The notes under the pieces were generated by a model that was not told the origin of the DNA, ran no database searches, and was given only the letters and a program-made list of their open reading frames with translations. Of a DNA stretch of 64,000 bases, positions 37,931 to 49,854 are shown one piece after another; position 1 is the stretch's first letter; each line of letters starts with the position of its first letter. This DNA is from Antedon mediterranea (lineage: Eukaryota > Animalia > Echinodermata). Both the position numbers and the translations under genes were made by a program. The stretch covers positions 5,699,812 through 5,763,811 of the forward strand of contig NC_092675.1 in the NCBI RefSeq assembly GCF_964355755.1, in the 5' to 3' direction.

Positions 37931-39112
37931 TTAATTTATTTTTAAACATCTCAGACACTGAAAGCTGGCAATTATGATTAGGTATACAAACAAGATTGAC
38001 TGAACTGATAGAAGAAGTATTTGAATAATACGTTTAAAGAAAATGTTAGATGTTTCATAAGGCTGAGATTCATCAGATGAGTGAAATGTTTCACTCGCCA
38101 TTAAACCAGTGTCTATTCTGTGAACTTCTGTGCTGGATTTGAGACATTCTTCTATTTTAATTGTCGTTGATTTCAAAATATCACCTGTGTTTACTGAACA
38201 CGTTATGTTTTCTCCTTGCATTTCACAAGTAATATGTCTAATAAATAAGTTATTTGATAAATTAGCTTCTTGTATTTCCTCGTTAAAAATCACTTCGTTT
38301 GTTGAATTCCATCGAAATTTGATCTCTTTAAGATGTGTATAATAATTTATGCTTTTAGCAATCAATGATGTTTTTGGTTTCCAATCAAAAGCATAACACC
38401 AAATTGTTGCGGATTGATTAAGGATAAATTCTGTTGCATTGATTTTGACCACAACGGGACGTTTTATAACAACGGTAGATATACACAAATGTACGTTATT
38501 CGTTGTCATTTTGCATGTGTAATCAGTTCCCTCATCGCTATCCATTGCTATGAACATAGCACTACTAATAACCTTGTTCTTATTTGTAGTATTAGTAAAA
38601 ACCGAGTGTTTAGGAAATTGTTTTGCATCCCAGTGCAACTTTAAATATGGATATGGGTATGTTTCACAATTTAATGTGACATTGTCACCGACAAAGTACT
38701 CTGATTTTGAAGGGATACATACCGGGTCTGAAGGTATAGGCAGCACTACTAGTTCCATCTTACCAGAATTAACAAGCAATCCATTGCCTTGATATATACA
38801 TTCGTAAACGCCACTGTCTGTTTCATATAGGTTTATTGAAAGGACACTTTCTAGCCGCAGTGTTTCCATTAACGTCGACACTACAGATTCTGTCATTTCA
38901 ATTTCAACATCATTTTTCTTCCATATGGTATTTTTGATGACCGTTTGTGCTTCAAACCCTTTACCAATATCAAAATCACAGTAAAATGTAAACTCCTTAC
39001 CGGCAACAGCATAACTAATGCCTCTTCCAGGATAGCACTGTAGAACGTCAGTTGATTTAATTATGGATAAGGAAAGTAACAGGTAAATTAGAAAATTTAA
39101 CAAATGACCCAT
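37931..39112 (-). CDS. Ig-superfamily membrane protein type A, copy A1 (signal peptide, 3 Ig-like domains, TM, very short tail), intronless CDS
   Basis: 393-aa ORF; Cys/Trp patterns FTFYC..W..DSGVYEC, VTLNC..W..DYTC, TIWC..W..ITC; TM IIQILLLSVQSILFVYLIIIASF; tail QCLRCLKIN; paralog at 54660-55856. Confidence 0.88.
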   Translation of the reverse strand: MGHLLNFLIYLLLSLSIIKSTDVLQCYPGRGISYAVAGKEFTFYCDFDIGKGFEAQTVIKNTIWKKNDVEIEMTESVVSTLMETLRLESVLSINLYETDSGVYECIYQGNGLLVNSGKMELVVLPIPSDPVCIPSKSEYFVGDNVTLNCETYPYPYLKLHWDAKQFPKHSVFTNTTNKNKVISSAMFIAMDSDEGTDYTCKMTTNNVHLCISTVVIKRPVVVKINATEFILNQSATIWCYAFDWKPKTSLIAKSINYYTHLKEIKFRWNSTNEVIFNEEIQEANLSNNLFIRHITCEMQGENITCSVNTGDILKSTTIKIEECLKSSTEVHRIDTGLMASETFHSSDESQPYETSNIFFKRIIQILLLSVQSILFVYLIIIASFQCLRCLKIN

Positions 39113-40756
39113 ACTGAAGAAATGAAAATGCGTCCCAGTGTAAAAAAATGTACGGTTGACTTACATGTGATCCAGTACAATAACTTGTACAGTACAGTAC
39201 AATAAATACGCCTGTTTCTCTAATTCCTTTTTTCATTACGAGTTTCAATTTGTTTTAAATTTGTATACATTAATGAAATCCGCTATTTGCAATGTCTTTC
39301 GATTTCAATCGATCAAACTTGTAGGTGATCAAACGCTTTGATCTTAACGCTTGATATAAACAATTCTATTAAATTTACGATTTTACACTTTTCATAACGC
39401 TAATTGATACTTTCAGTTTCTCATTATGTAATAAAGGTTTGTAATCGGCTTCTTCTTTTCCAGATTGCACATTATAAAAGTAATATGTAATACGAAAAGA
39501 TGGTAGATATTACCTGTTTGCATTGTCAATATTATTTCATTTAAAAAGAATTAAACTTCATACAAATGATCGATAGGAAACTGAACGTAAAGAAAAGAAA
39601 AATTCCATTTTTTAGGTAAGCATAACAGAACTTAAAGTTTATTAAATTTACGGTAAATATGAAAATCCAACACCATACATGGAAAGTAAAGATGTATGAA
39701 AAGTAAACTGAACATTAAGATATTGATTACTGTAATTGGTTTTATTACAGTCGAGGATTTAAATTTCATAAGTAACATTGCTTTGATTGATGGATAATTT
39801 AACCACATAAATAGATTATTCTGTTTTAATGGATTATTAAATTTCTGACTTTCTCTTTCAAATCAAATTGTTTATTTTAGTTTTCATTCAGTAAATAAAG
39901 TAAATTTCCATCAATGTAGAAAATCATACTGTTAGGCCTAATGTCTTTCTACTGTATTGTGCATTCCATCGCATTTAATATTTTACAAATCGTTTCTCCT
40001 TTTATTACGTTATTTCAATAACGCAAAAACGTAAAAAATAGCAATCGTTATTACTATTCACAATCGACATGGCGATCAGGACACTTCTTGAGGATCGATC
40101 CAGTCAGTAGAAAAGACGCAGGAGATTACCAATGTAGTTTTAAATATATGAAGTACAGAATGTGTCACTTGGCTATACAGACTCGTCCAATTATGTTGTC
40201 CCAAATAAATAATTGTCATTGCTTTTTTAAATAAACATTTTCTCAATTGTTAGTAAACTAACTCCGTTGAAACCTTATTGTTTGAAGTTCATTATTATCT
40301 AAATTAGCACAGTTAAAAAGACAATAAAGTAGCCAATTACAAATGATTTGATATCATATAATTTATTTAGTCAAATACAGACAAAGCAAGACATAAAAAC
40401 AGTACAAAGGTAATTCAATGAGGCACTCCACATAGAACTACTTACATAAAATGAATTACACCCATAAAAAACATGAAAACATGAATTCTTATAATATTAA
40501 GGTAAAACGTTAAAATTCTGTTGGTAAGATATTTCTTATGGTTATGCTCAAAATTTGAAAATAACTCATTCACGTCAGAAGAATCACAGTTCCAGTTAAT
40601 ATTTGCGAATTTTTCAATAAAACGTTGGGGATCAATTTTAGAATAATCATAGTCTTGAAATGTTCCCCTTTAAAGTAAACATTTTACACAAAACTCCTTC
40701 ATGATCGCTGTCGACACCTGGGTGAGGTTGAATATCAGCTACCATATCAGTATTAC

Positions 40757-43700
40757 TTTTTTTTCTCTCTTTTGTGGCGCAACCACCACTTTTATTCACA
40801 TTCATATTATCTCATATTACATAAAATTGTATTATTTAACTAAGTTCATAAGTAACATTTTTACATATATGAATTCTGTATTACTCCTTTTTTCATTAAT
40901 TTTCTTATATTTTGCTATACACTTGACAGGATCATCATTATCATCTATCCCGTTTTAAAATAGTTCACACATTTTCATTTGTTTGTTTTCATTTTACAAC
41001 CCGGATTATACAATATATTTATATACATGATAAAAAGAAATTAAAAAAACCCAATAATAGCTCAGTACCACCAGTAACCCGTATCACAGTAATTCCTTTT
41101 CTGATAATCGTATCAAATTAGAAATTATATTAGCATAACAGTATTTCTTAAAGCTACCCATTTTTCTATACTTGTTTCTTTATTGTTATATGTTTCACAT
41201 TCAATGTTATATAACATATTGCTTTTAATTGAATTCCATAACGATTTACCCACTGGCTTATTTAGTGCTGATAACATTTTTATTCTATAAATAGTAAATG
41301 CTGCAAAAGTGTAAATATAATCTATTAGCTTATCTCCCGTTCCTAGTATTAATTGTTTAAATGATATATTATTGTGGTTTAAACTTACAAAGATACTAAG
41401 CATTTTCCTCCAAAATTTCTGAATAAATCTACAACTAAAAAACAAATGAGTTTAGTTGTGACATTGGAATAATGAAATATTCTTTCACAAACCATGAGTA
41501 TATTAGTTTGGTAGTATTAATCTCATACTTGGTCCCAACTAACTCATCATTATCATCACAATTGAAAATATCTACCTCCTTAATAACACGTTTCCATTGA
41601 ATGGGTATTGCCTTAATAATGCACAAATACTCATTTAACCAGTTTATTTTACATTGTAGTTTCACCGGTATTTTGTTTGATGTTAAAAAAGTGTTCTTAT
41701 TAACAATATCTTTAATACTGATAATGCCACTGTCAATCCAATGCTGGTAGAAAAGCGATTTTTTTTTTAGTTTAACGTAGTGGTTTCCCCACAGTTGCTC
41801 ATTCATTATATCGTTATAAGTTTCAGGTTTTTTTTTTAGAGATTCTGTTATAATTTATGTAGGCTTTTATCATATTTTTGTAAAACAGTGGAATTTTATC
41901 AGAATTAACATCAATAATGCTATAACATGACATATTAAGTAAAACATTAACATCACATATTTTTTTAATATAATACATTGGAATATTTTTCCATTTAGCA
42001 CCATCATCATTCATAATTCTTTTTAACCAGCCACATGAGTGCGTTAACATTTTTTTTTATTTAGTGTCATTCCAGAAACTTCACAAAAAAGTTCAATTAC
42101 ACTGACTGCTGACTTAATACTTTTGTCATTACCAACATACAAAACAGTATCATCGGCTAATTGGCTTATTCTAGCTTCTATGTTATTTTAATTATTTGGA
42201 AGTTTAATACCCTTATAGTCATCTTGGTTTCTATATTCTAGATGCCATTACTTCGACCACTAAAATGAATAATAGAGCGAACAGAGGACAACCTTGTCTA
42301 ATACCTCTTTCCATTTTAAAATTGTTTGAAACCCAACCATTGTTTAACTGTGACCCATTCAACGTTATTATATAATACTTTTACCCAGTTACAAAAGAAC
42401 ATTCCAAAGTTAAACTTTTCTAGAACATTGAACATAAAATCTCTACTAATAGAATCAAAAGCCTTCTTAAAATCTAAGGTAATTATTGCCCCTTCGATAT
42501 CATTACATTCTGTATAATAAAGCAGGTCTTCTATTAACCGAATATTTTCACCAGCGAAACGGCCTTTTATATAGCCTTTTTGGTCTGAACTTACTTTTGA
42601 TTTAATAACCATTTTAAGTCTGTTACTTAATACATGTGCAAGAATTTTGTAATCGGTGTTTAAGAAGGTAATGGGACGCCAATTATTCAAATTTTCTCTT
42701 TCTCCATCCTTGAACAAAAGGGTGATTACACCTCGTTTTTGCGAAAAGGATAATTCTTGAGAATTATAACTTTCATTTAACGCATCGCAAATTAAATGTT
42801 TAATATTATTCCAAAAGAACACATAAAATTCAATACTTAGACCATCCGATCCTGGTGTTTTATTTTTTTTCATCATTGAAATGGCCTTTTTACATTCATC
42901 AATAGTGACGTAACCTTCACAATTTTCTTTTTCTATTTCTGAAAGCTTGTTTATAATAGAATTACAAAGGTATTTCTTAATTTTTCCAGGGTTTATAACA
43001 TTTTTTGCGTATAAACCTTCGAAATGTTGTATTTGTTCTTTTAAAATATCAATTGGGCTCGTTGCTAAGCTCCTATCTTTAGTAATTAAACTTTTTATGT
43101 GTTTCTTTTTACTTTTGGATCTTTCTAACCCAAGAAAATATTTTGTATTCCGCTCGCCTTCCTCCATCCATTATTTTTATTACTAATTTTGTAAATGTTT
43201 AATCTTTCAGAATGCTATTGTTGAACATCCATAAACCAGGACCGCGTATTTTTTCATGCAAATCTATTTTAATTGATACCGCCTGATAATCAGTGAGAAT
43301 AGCTGGACGAATGTCACAGGCTAAAACATCTCCATTTGAAAAGAGATCTTCTGATATTAACCAGTAATCCAGCCTACGGAAAATGTTGTTAAATTTCTTA
43401 CGCCACGTAAATTGTCGCTTATTCATGTTTTTGGATCTCCAAATATCATTTAAATTTAAATTTTTCATTAGGTTTTTAATCGTAAAAACAGATTTATCAG
43501 ACCTATTTGCGCTACCTTTTTGGTCAATGTCACTATTCATGATGCAATTCAGATCTCCACCTAGAATGATAGAATTACCCTTCCCTCCATCAAAGTCATT
43601 GTAACATTTTTGTATGGTCCTAAAGAATGCACTTCTATTTTTGCTTTCATTAGGAGCATAAATATTTATAATGTCCAATTCCTTTTCATTTATCATTAAA

Positions 43701-43810
43701 TTTACGAAATATATATCTTCCATCAATATCAGTTAACGTTTTAACAATGTTGCATTCAAGACCTTTTCGCAATAGTATCGACACTCCTCTTATCTTATAT
43801 CAGTATTACT
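40757..43810 (-). mobile_element. L1/Tx1-like LINE ORF2, fragmented
   Basis: APE endonuclease INIYAPN..GGDLN..RLDYWL (43199-43726); RT KTPGSDGL, NWRPITFLNTDYKIL, LDFKKAFDS, GIRQGCPL, SQLADDT; frameshifts; A-rich tail near 40757. Confidence 0.92.
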
Positions 43811-44439
43811 AGAGACATAGTAGTGATGATTGAACTTATAAACATAATGATACTCCTACGGTAATGATACGGGATACAGTTATAACTTAATTTTTAAAAT
43901 TTGCCATGTCCAAATGATACTACAGACAAATTAATCATAGGCCTAAAAATAGGTTCTTTGATCTTGTGACACTGAATGTTTGTACAAAAACACTTTGAGA
44001 TAAAAGACAGATAACGAACACGTTGTTATTCGGCTTATATACCATATACTGTACGTAATGATACCGTACCTTGTCCTTTTGACAAATGTAAACATTATAC
44101 CTATCATGTGATAAATATGAACTGAGAATTTGAGTTGGTTAGGCCTACATTGTTACTGCATAGTCAACTGCATTTATTATCAATTTCAAAGTATGTGTAA
44201 CTTTTTTACAATTTATTATTGTGCCTCCTTTCACCTTCTGTCTTTTGGGATAAATAGGCCTAATATTACCATGGAATATAAGTAACACAAGTACCAACCA
44301 TAGTTTACTCAATTCAATTTTTGAATTACCTACATTTTAAAGTGTTAATAACAAACACTTTTTGGCTTGTTGGTTGGTATTTCCACTATAATACATAGTA
44401 TCCTTGTTTTCAGGCAAAATATCAAGCACAGAGGCAACA

Positions 44440-45486
44440 ATGTACAAAGCTAGATGTAAATTTAGTGTCGTCCTATTTATCATTGCACTATTCTGTCAAA
44501 AATGTTTTGCGGTGAGATTTGCTTATGATTTAACGGACCACACAGCAGTAGAAGGCAAAGAAACATACGTGACATGTATCTTTAGAGATATCGCAGAAGA
44601 AATGAAACGTAAATATGACGTTACCTGGACCAAAGGGTCTTACGTTATCAGCGAACCAATCAATAACTTTGATCTGGAACGTATTACTATTCATGATCAA
44701 TATGAAGATGCAAGACACTTTTTGAGGATTGATCCGGTCAAGAGAGAAGATGCAGGAGATTACCAATGTTATTTGAAATATAACGGCAATATCCTGCTTA
44801 CTTCAAGTATTGGGAAGCTTATTGTGCGTGAAATACCATCCGATAAATATCCAATTGTTCAATTTACGAAGTCAGCTTACAAGATTGGAGAAGTTGCTGT
44901 TGCGATCTGTTTGAGTGAAAAAACAAACCCTGAACCTAGTTTAGCGTGGGCCATAATACCAGAGTTTCATCTATCACACCAAAATTGGTCAATTAAATCA
45001 AATAACACTCACATCTGGATTGAAGAATTAGTAACGGCAACTACCATTAGGAATGGCTCTTGCTGCTACGTCTGTAGCTTAAAAGTAAAAGATGAAGTTG
45101 CTCCGAGATATGCTGAAAGTGAACCACTTTACGTCATAAACAACGATTTAAAAGAGACAGGTATTACGGTTTCGACTTCATCAGAAAAAAAACATGCTAC
45201 TTCTAAATACAGTTTGTTTACAACTGTAAACCAGGTGTCCGATGTAACATATCAAGAACATGCGGATAACAATGTACATTTCCTACTTTTTACAATATTA
45301 AGCATACTAATTCTACTCTTAATAATAATAGTCATGAAACTATTTTATACACAACAAGAAATGAAGGAAGCAATGGAAAGAATTTTAACTGAATCAACAC
45401 CCACTGATACAAACAAACAAAATGATAATCTGGACACCAGGCGTAGGACAATCAATCGACGAAGCAATCAAACCACAACCGGATAA
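44440..45486 (+). CDS. Ig-superfamily membrane protein type B, copy B1 (signal peptide, V-like plus C2-like Ig, S/T stalk, TM, about 48-aa tail), intronless CDS
   Basis: ATG 44440 just after acceptor ttgttttcag (44413); YVTC..W..EDAGDYQC and AIC..W..YVC; TM FLLFTILSILILLLIIIVM. Confidence 0.88.
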   Translation: MYKARCKFSVVLFIIALFCQKCFAVRFAYDLTDHTAVEGKETYVTCIFRDIAEEMKRKYDVTWTKGSYVISEPINNFDLERITIHDQYEDARHFLRIDPVKREDAGDYQCYLKYNGNILLTSSIGKLIVREIPSDKYPIVQFTKSAYKIGEVAVAICLSEKTNPEPSLAWAIIPEFHLSHQNWSIKSNNTHIWIEELVTATTIRNGSCCYVCSLKVKDEVAPRYAESEPLYVINNDLKETGITVSTSSEKKHATSKYSLFTTVNQVSDVTYQEHADNNVHFLLFTILSILILLLIIIVMKLFYTQQEMKEAMERILTESTPTDTNKQNDNLDTRRRTINRRSNQTTTG

Positions 45487-45782
45487 GATAGTTGTACTCT
45501 CCACTTGCAGAAAGTGTTGTAAGACATTCTAGACAATTATCAAAAGGGCAGTGAACAATTAGCCCGAATAAAATGATTAAAAAAAATAAATAAGAACCGC
45601 ATTAGTTTTTAAAGAGTTTAATGATTTGGTGGCAGGTAATGTGGCGGTAAACGATGTTTCCAGCTTTTTTTCTCATAGATTAGAGATTTGAAGAAATTCA
45701 TTAGAAATAAGAAAAATCCCGAAATAAAAAACCAATAAATAGTAGTAAAGAAAAATATAAACATACTATTATTTATATCATA

Positions 45783-47292
45783 CTAGCAATAACTCGTGCT
45801 TTGCACGGTCTTTTCTGCCCTATGTTGTTATATACTTTGCATGGGCAAGTATAATAAAAGCACACTCTGACAAATTATTAAAATAAAAACAAATTGTATC
45901 AAGAATAAAATTCGAAAGTATAAAATGCCAAACTATATAAAATAAAAAAGTTTAACATAAATTGATTGAAAAATACATTGCTGCAGAAACACATTGTTGT
46001 TTAACAATATATAAAACCATTTGGAATCGTTTTGTTTGTGTGTGTTTATTTTTCTTCATTTACATTTTATTTTTATTTCAATGGTTTTTGATATTTTACA
46101 ATTTTTGTGTGTGGAAGATTTGTTAGCAATTGGCTACTTCTGTGATTAAATTGTGGTCTATAGCAGTAACCACAATATGAAATAAGTTATAGAATAATCA
46201 AATTACAGCTGCTTACGGACACAAAAACTGTCCGAAATTAAATGTTGCGCTCTGACTTTGACTTTTGGGTGTTGATATTTTGTGGAAACACGACACCCAT
46301 TTGGATTCGTTTTATTTGTGTATGTGTTTTTTTTTTCGTTCATTTACATTTTTTTTGGTGGTTTTTTAGGCCTATATTTTGCAATTTTTTTGTGAGGTTT
46401 CGTATCTTTTTTGCTAGTTTTGTAATTACATTGTGGTCTAGTTTTGATTTTTAGCTTTAACCGGTGATACTTAATAATTACACATGTCGCGGATTGAACT
46501 CACTGAGCCAACCCGTGATTTACGGTCATTCAGTTCAAAGAATAGGGGCGGATTGCAGCTATAAGCGGTCTATAAACAGTCTTAGCAGGGAGTTGTAAAA
46601 TAATAATTATTTTACAACTCCCTGGTCTTAGTGCTTAGCCGACTATAATTCGTGACGTAGCAAGTAGTCTTTATTATAGACCATTGCTATACCGCGGTCT
46701 AACCTGTAAACGGTCTTTAAAATTAAATCCTACTCGAAGGAGTCTTAAAACAAAACCTCTCTTTTTGTTGCTTATACGTATTATATTGATCGTGAAGGAC
46801 AACCAATAACGAGTTTTAAGTGTTAAATCAAATAATAACGGTGATTTTATTCTTATATAGGCCTAGAATATATTTTCTCGTGTATAAATGTACGTACTGT
46901 TATGATTGTGAATTGAACAAGCGTGACGAACATTACCTTATTTGGTATTCTACGCGTAAAGTACGCCCTCAATTTGTTACTGTACGCAGTCTTAGCTAAG
47001 ACTGTTTTATAGCAATGGTCTAACAGGCGCGCGTCGCTTTAGTAGTCTATCTGATCATTCGATACGGTTTACTAAAGACTGTTTTATAGCGGCCCGGCAT
47101 GGTATTTGTAGATCCGGGCCATGGAAGTACACAACAGAGGAGGTTGCGTAGTTTATACAGTGACGTAACATGGTCGCTGTGTGTGTGGCCCATCAATAAA
47201 CATCAGTGTGCCAAATGTGAGCATGTACCGTTCAGTGGTTTTGGAGGAGATACGTAAAATACGCGAAAAATTTAGTAGCATTAATATATAGA
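45783..47292 (-). mobile_element. Non-autonomous Helitron (family H2) with nested repeats
   Basis: Reverse strand starts A|TCTATATATTAA (47292) and ends CCGTGCAAAGCACGAG-TTATTG-CTAG|T (45783). Confidence 0.6.
46586..46624. mobile_element. 39-bp perfect palindromic insertion CAGGG...CCCTG with 7-bp TSD
   Basis: GTCTTAG-CAGGGAGTTGTAAAATAAT-A-ATTATTTTACAACTCCCTG-GTCTTAG. Confidence 0.75.
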
Positions 47293-47352
47293 TACTGTTC
47301 TATTAAAAAATACATCTCTGAACTACTTTACTCATACTCCTTTTATTGTATT

Positions 47353-47757
47353 TCTATATATAAATTTACGTAAGGGCAAAATTCGGTAAATAGCGCGTTA
47401 TTTCTAGAATGTTTACTTGATGATATATAAAGTTGGTTCGTACTTTCGGTACTGATTTTAACTAGTTAGTTATTGACAATTAAAACGAATTTAGGTTAAA
47501 CGATTTCAACCAAATAGGGGTGTTTTCAGATCGTGGTATACACTGTCTATTGGATGTCCATCCTGAAAATACCCGCACACAATAATACGAGGATGCTTCG
47601 CATTTTCCTATCTCCTCCTACGATAATTATTTTAATGGCTGAAAACCGGTTGAACAGCTCGAGTACAGAATCATAATGTTGAAGACAAGCCGATTTTCTT
47701 TAAAAAATACTATTTTGTCGTTTATACATTGATTTGCGATGAATGTAACATTCCAAA
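47353..47757 (+). mobile_element. 5' fragment of Helitron family H1
   Basis: tctatatataaatttacgtaagggcaaaattcggtaaat..., colinear with about 12722-13185 with small deletions. Confidence 0.8.
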
Positions 47758-48647
47758 TACCAACTACCATTAGAAATGGCTCTTGCTGCTACATCTGTAG
47801 CTTAAAAGTAACAAGGCCAACAGCCATTAAGTCGCGTGCTACAATGCATAGTGATACCGGACCGACAGACAAACAGACCGACAGACAGACAGACCGACAG
47901 ACAGACGGACCGACCGACATAGTGAACTATACTGACCGAAATTACTGAACATGTTTAAAAATGTTGAAATGTTTAAAAACATTTATATTTTTTTAATTTA
48001 CACGTGCGTAGCCTGTCACTTTTGACGTGCTCGTATAACGTAATTTCGAGTTGAAAAGTAAGTCAAGAAAACAGAAATCGGGCAAAAAGAGTGCGCAATA
48101 ACATTTAACGCGCAGTGCGCGCGCAAAAATCTGCGCACTCATGGCAATTTTGTAAACGCTTAAAATTGCCTGAAACGTACTCTTATTTCATCGAAAATAA
48201 ATTTTGAAAATTTTAGGCGCGCGTACGCATGCGTTACATGCGCTACGCACGTAATTGTATTGCCATATGATGATTTATGCCCTGAAATTTATGAGTACCA
48301 AATTTTATTTAATTGTGATTCATGGTTGTTAAGATATGATTACAAACGTGATTTCGTTAAATCGTGCGTAGACTGCGTAATTTTTTATTGCGCACCGTGA
48401 AATCATAACCACATCGATTCCTGGCCATAAGGAATATTCTGTGAAAAATTGATTTAGCTAGATTAAACTGATATCAAGATAAGGTCATAAAGCGATAAAA
48501 CGCATAGTGATACCGGACCGACAGACAGACAGACAGACAGACCGACAGACCGACAGACAGACAGACAGACCGACCGACCGACATAGTGAACTATAGAGTC
48601 GCTTCCACGCGACTAAAAAGATGTAGTTGCTCCGAGATATGCTGAAA
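47758..48647 (+). pseudogene. Fragment of a type B Ig gene (end of domain 2), split by an insertion
   Basis: 47761-47811 (TTIRNGSCCYICSLKV) and about 48617-48647 (aaagatgtagttgctccgagatatgctgaaa) match B1 about 45038-45118. Confidence 0.8.
47812..48616 (-). mobile_element. DINE-1-like (Helentron-associated) element
   Basis: (GACA/GACC)n microsatellites, AGTCGC..GCGACT stem at one end, AGTCGCGTG subterminal repeat and GGCCAACAGCC at the other; inserted in an A-run. Confidence 0.7.
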
Positions 48648-49854
48648 TACCATGGAGGCCTTTTATTTTGTGGATACACAAAGTTAGAAATACAAATATT
48701 TGGCCTACAACAAGAATAATAAAAGGACAACTTTACCGAGAACCATATTTTAAAAACGTATTAGGGATGTACATATGATTTCATAACAATCGCGATATTT
48801 ATAATATCTTCGCACGAGCACTGCTTAGTCAGTTTATTTTTTTAGGGATTATTTATCGTATTTTAACTTCCAGTGTGTATTCTATACAATCTCTGAATTT
48901 ACCATGTTGCTAAAATCTTCAGCTACCACTGTGCACCTGGTACATTAGCTCCATTTAAACTTGCTTAGCGGTGACTATTGTTTGGTCATAAACTCATTAT
49001 CTGCTCTTACGTCATGGTTTCTCTGGTGTCAACGGTGCTACAGATATATTGAGATGTATTGATTTAAGTTGTTTATTTTCAGGGAACTGTGACCAATGTT
49101 CATTTTCCAAATTAGCACAGAAAAGATCACCCCATTCTTTTTGTATTCAAAGTAATTTTATATCACTTTATACCCAATTCACAATACCAATTTTATTATT
49201 CTAAGATTCGGTTGGCCGTCATGTATTCCTCCTTGTTTACTGTATAGTAAATTAATAGTAAATTTATTGCAGTTAGCTTATTTACGGCTGTAATCTAATA
49301 ACAAAGTGTAGGTGGAATTTACAGAATAATGGCGCCTTTTATACACAATTATGTAATTGGTATGGCAGGGTTTTTTCTGATTATTTATTAATAAATTAAA
49401 TTACGCTGTTATTTTCTCATACAATACATACGTATACTGTTTTAAAGATGATTTTGGTTGTTTCTTTACTAAGTCATCTAGGAGGTTGTTGTTAGTTGTT
49501 TAGAAACTCCCATTTGTATTTATTATATTTTGACCGTATTGAACTATCGCACAACGAATAGTGCTTGATTACAATGTTAGATGATAGCTTTGATGGTGGT
49601 GATGATGATGATTTTAATATTTGATTTGTCGTACAAAATTAAAACTTGTCAAAGTTTACAGAATGATTAACGATAATAATACCTGCAACATATCTATACC
49701 TTATCCATTATCTTTTTCAAATCGTACTTTGTCCTTTGACACAAAAGTACGCCTAAAAGTAACGTGTTTGATTTAATATATGATCATTGGAGTTGGTTAC
49801 ATCGTGTTGCTGTAAAAACTGCATTGTAGTATAACTACAGGTATACGTCACAAA

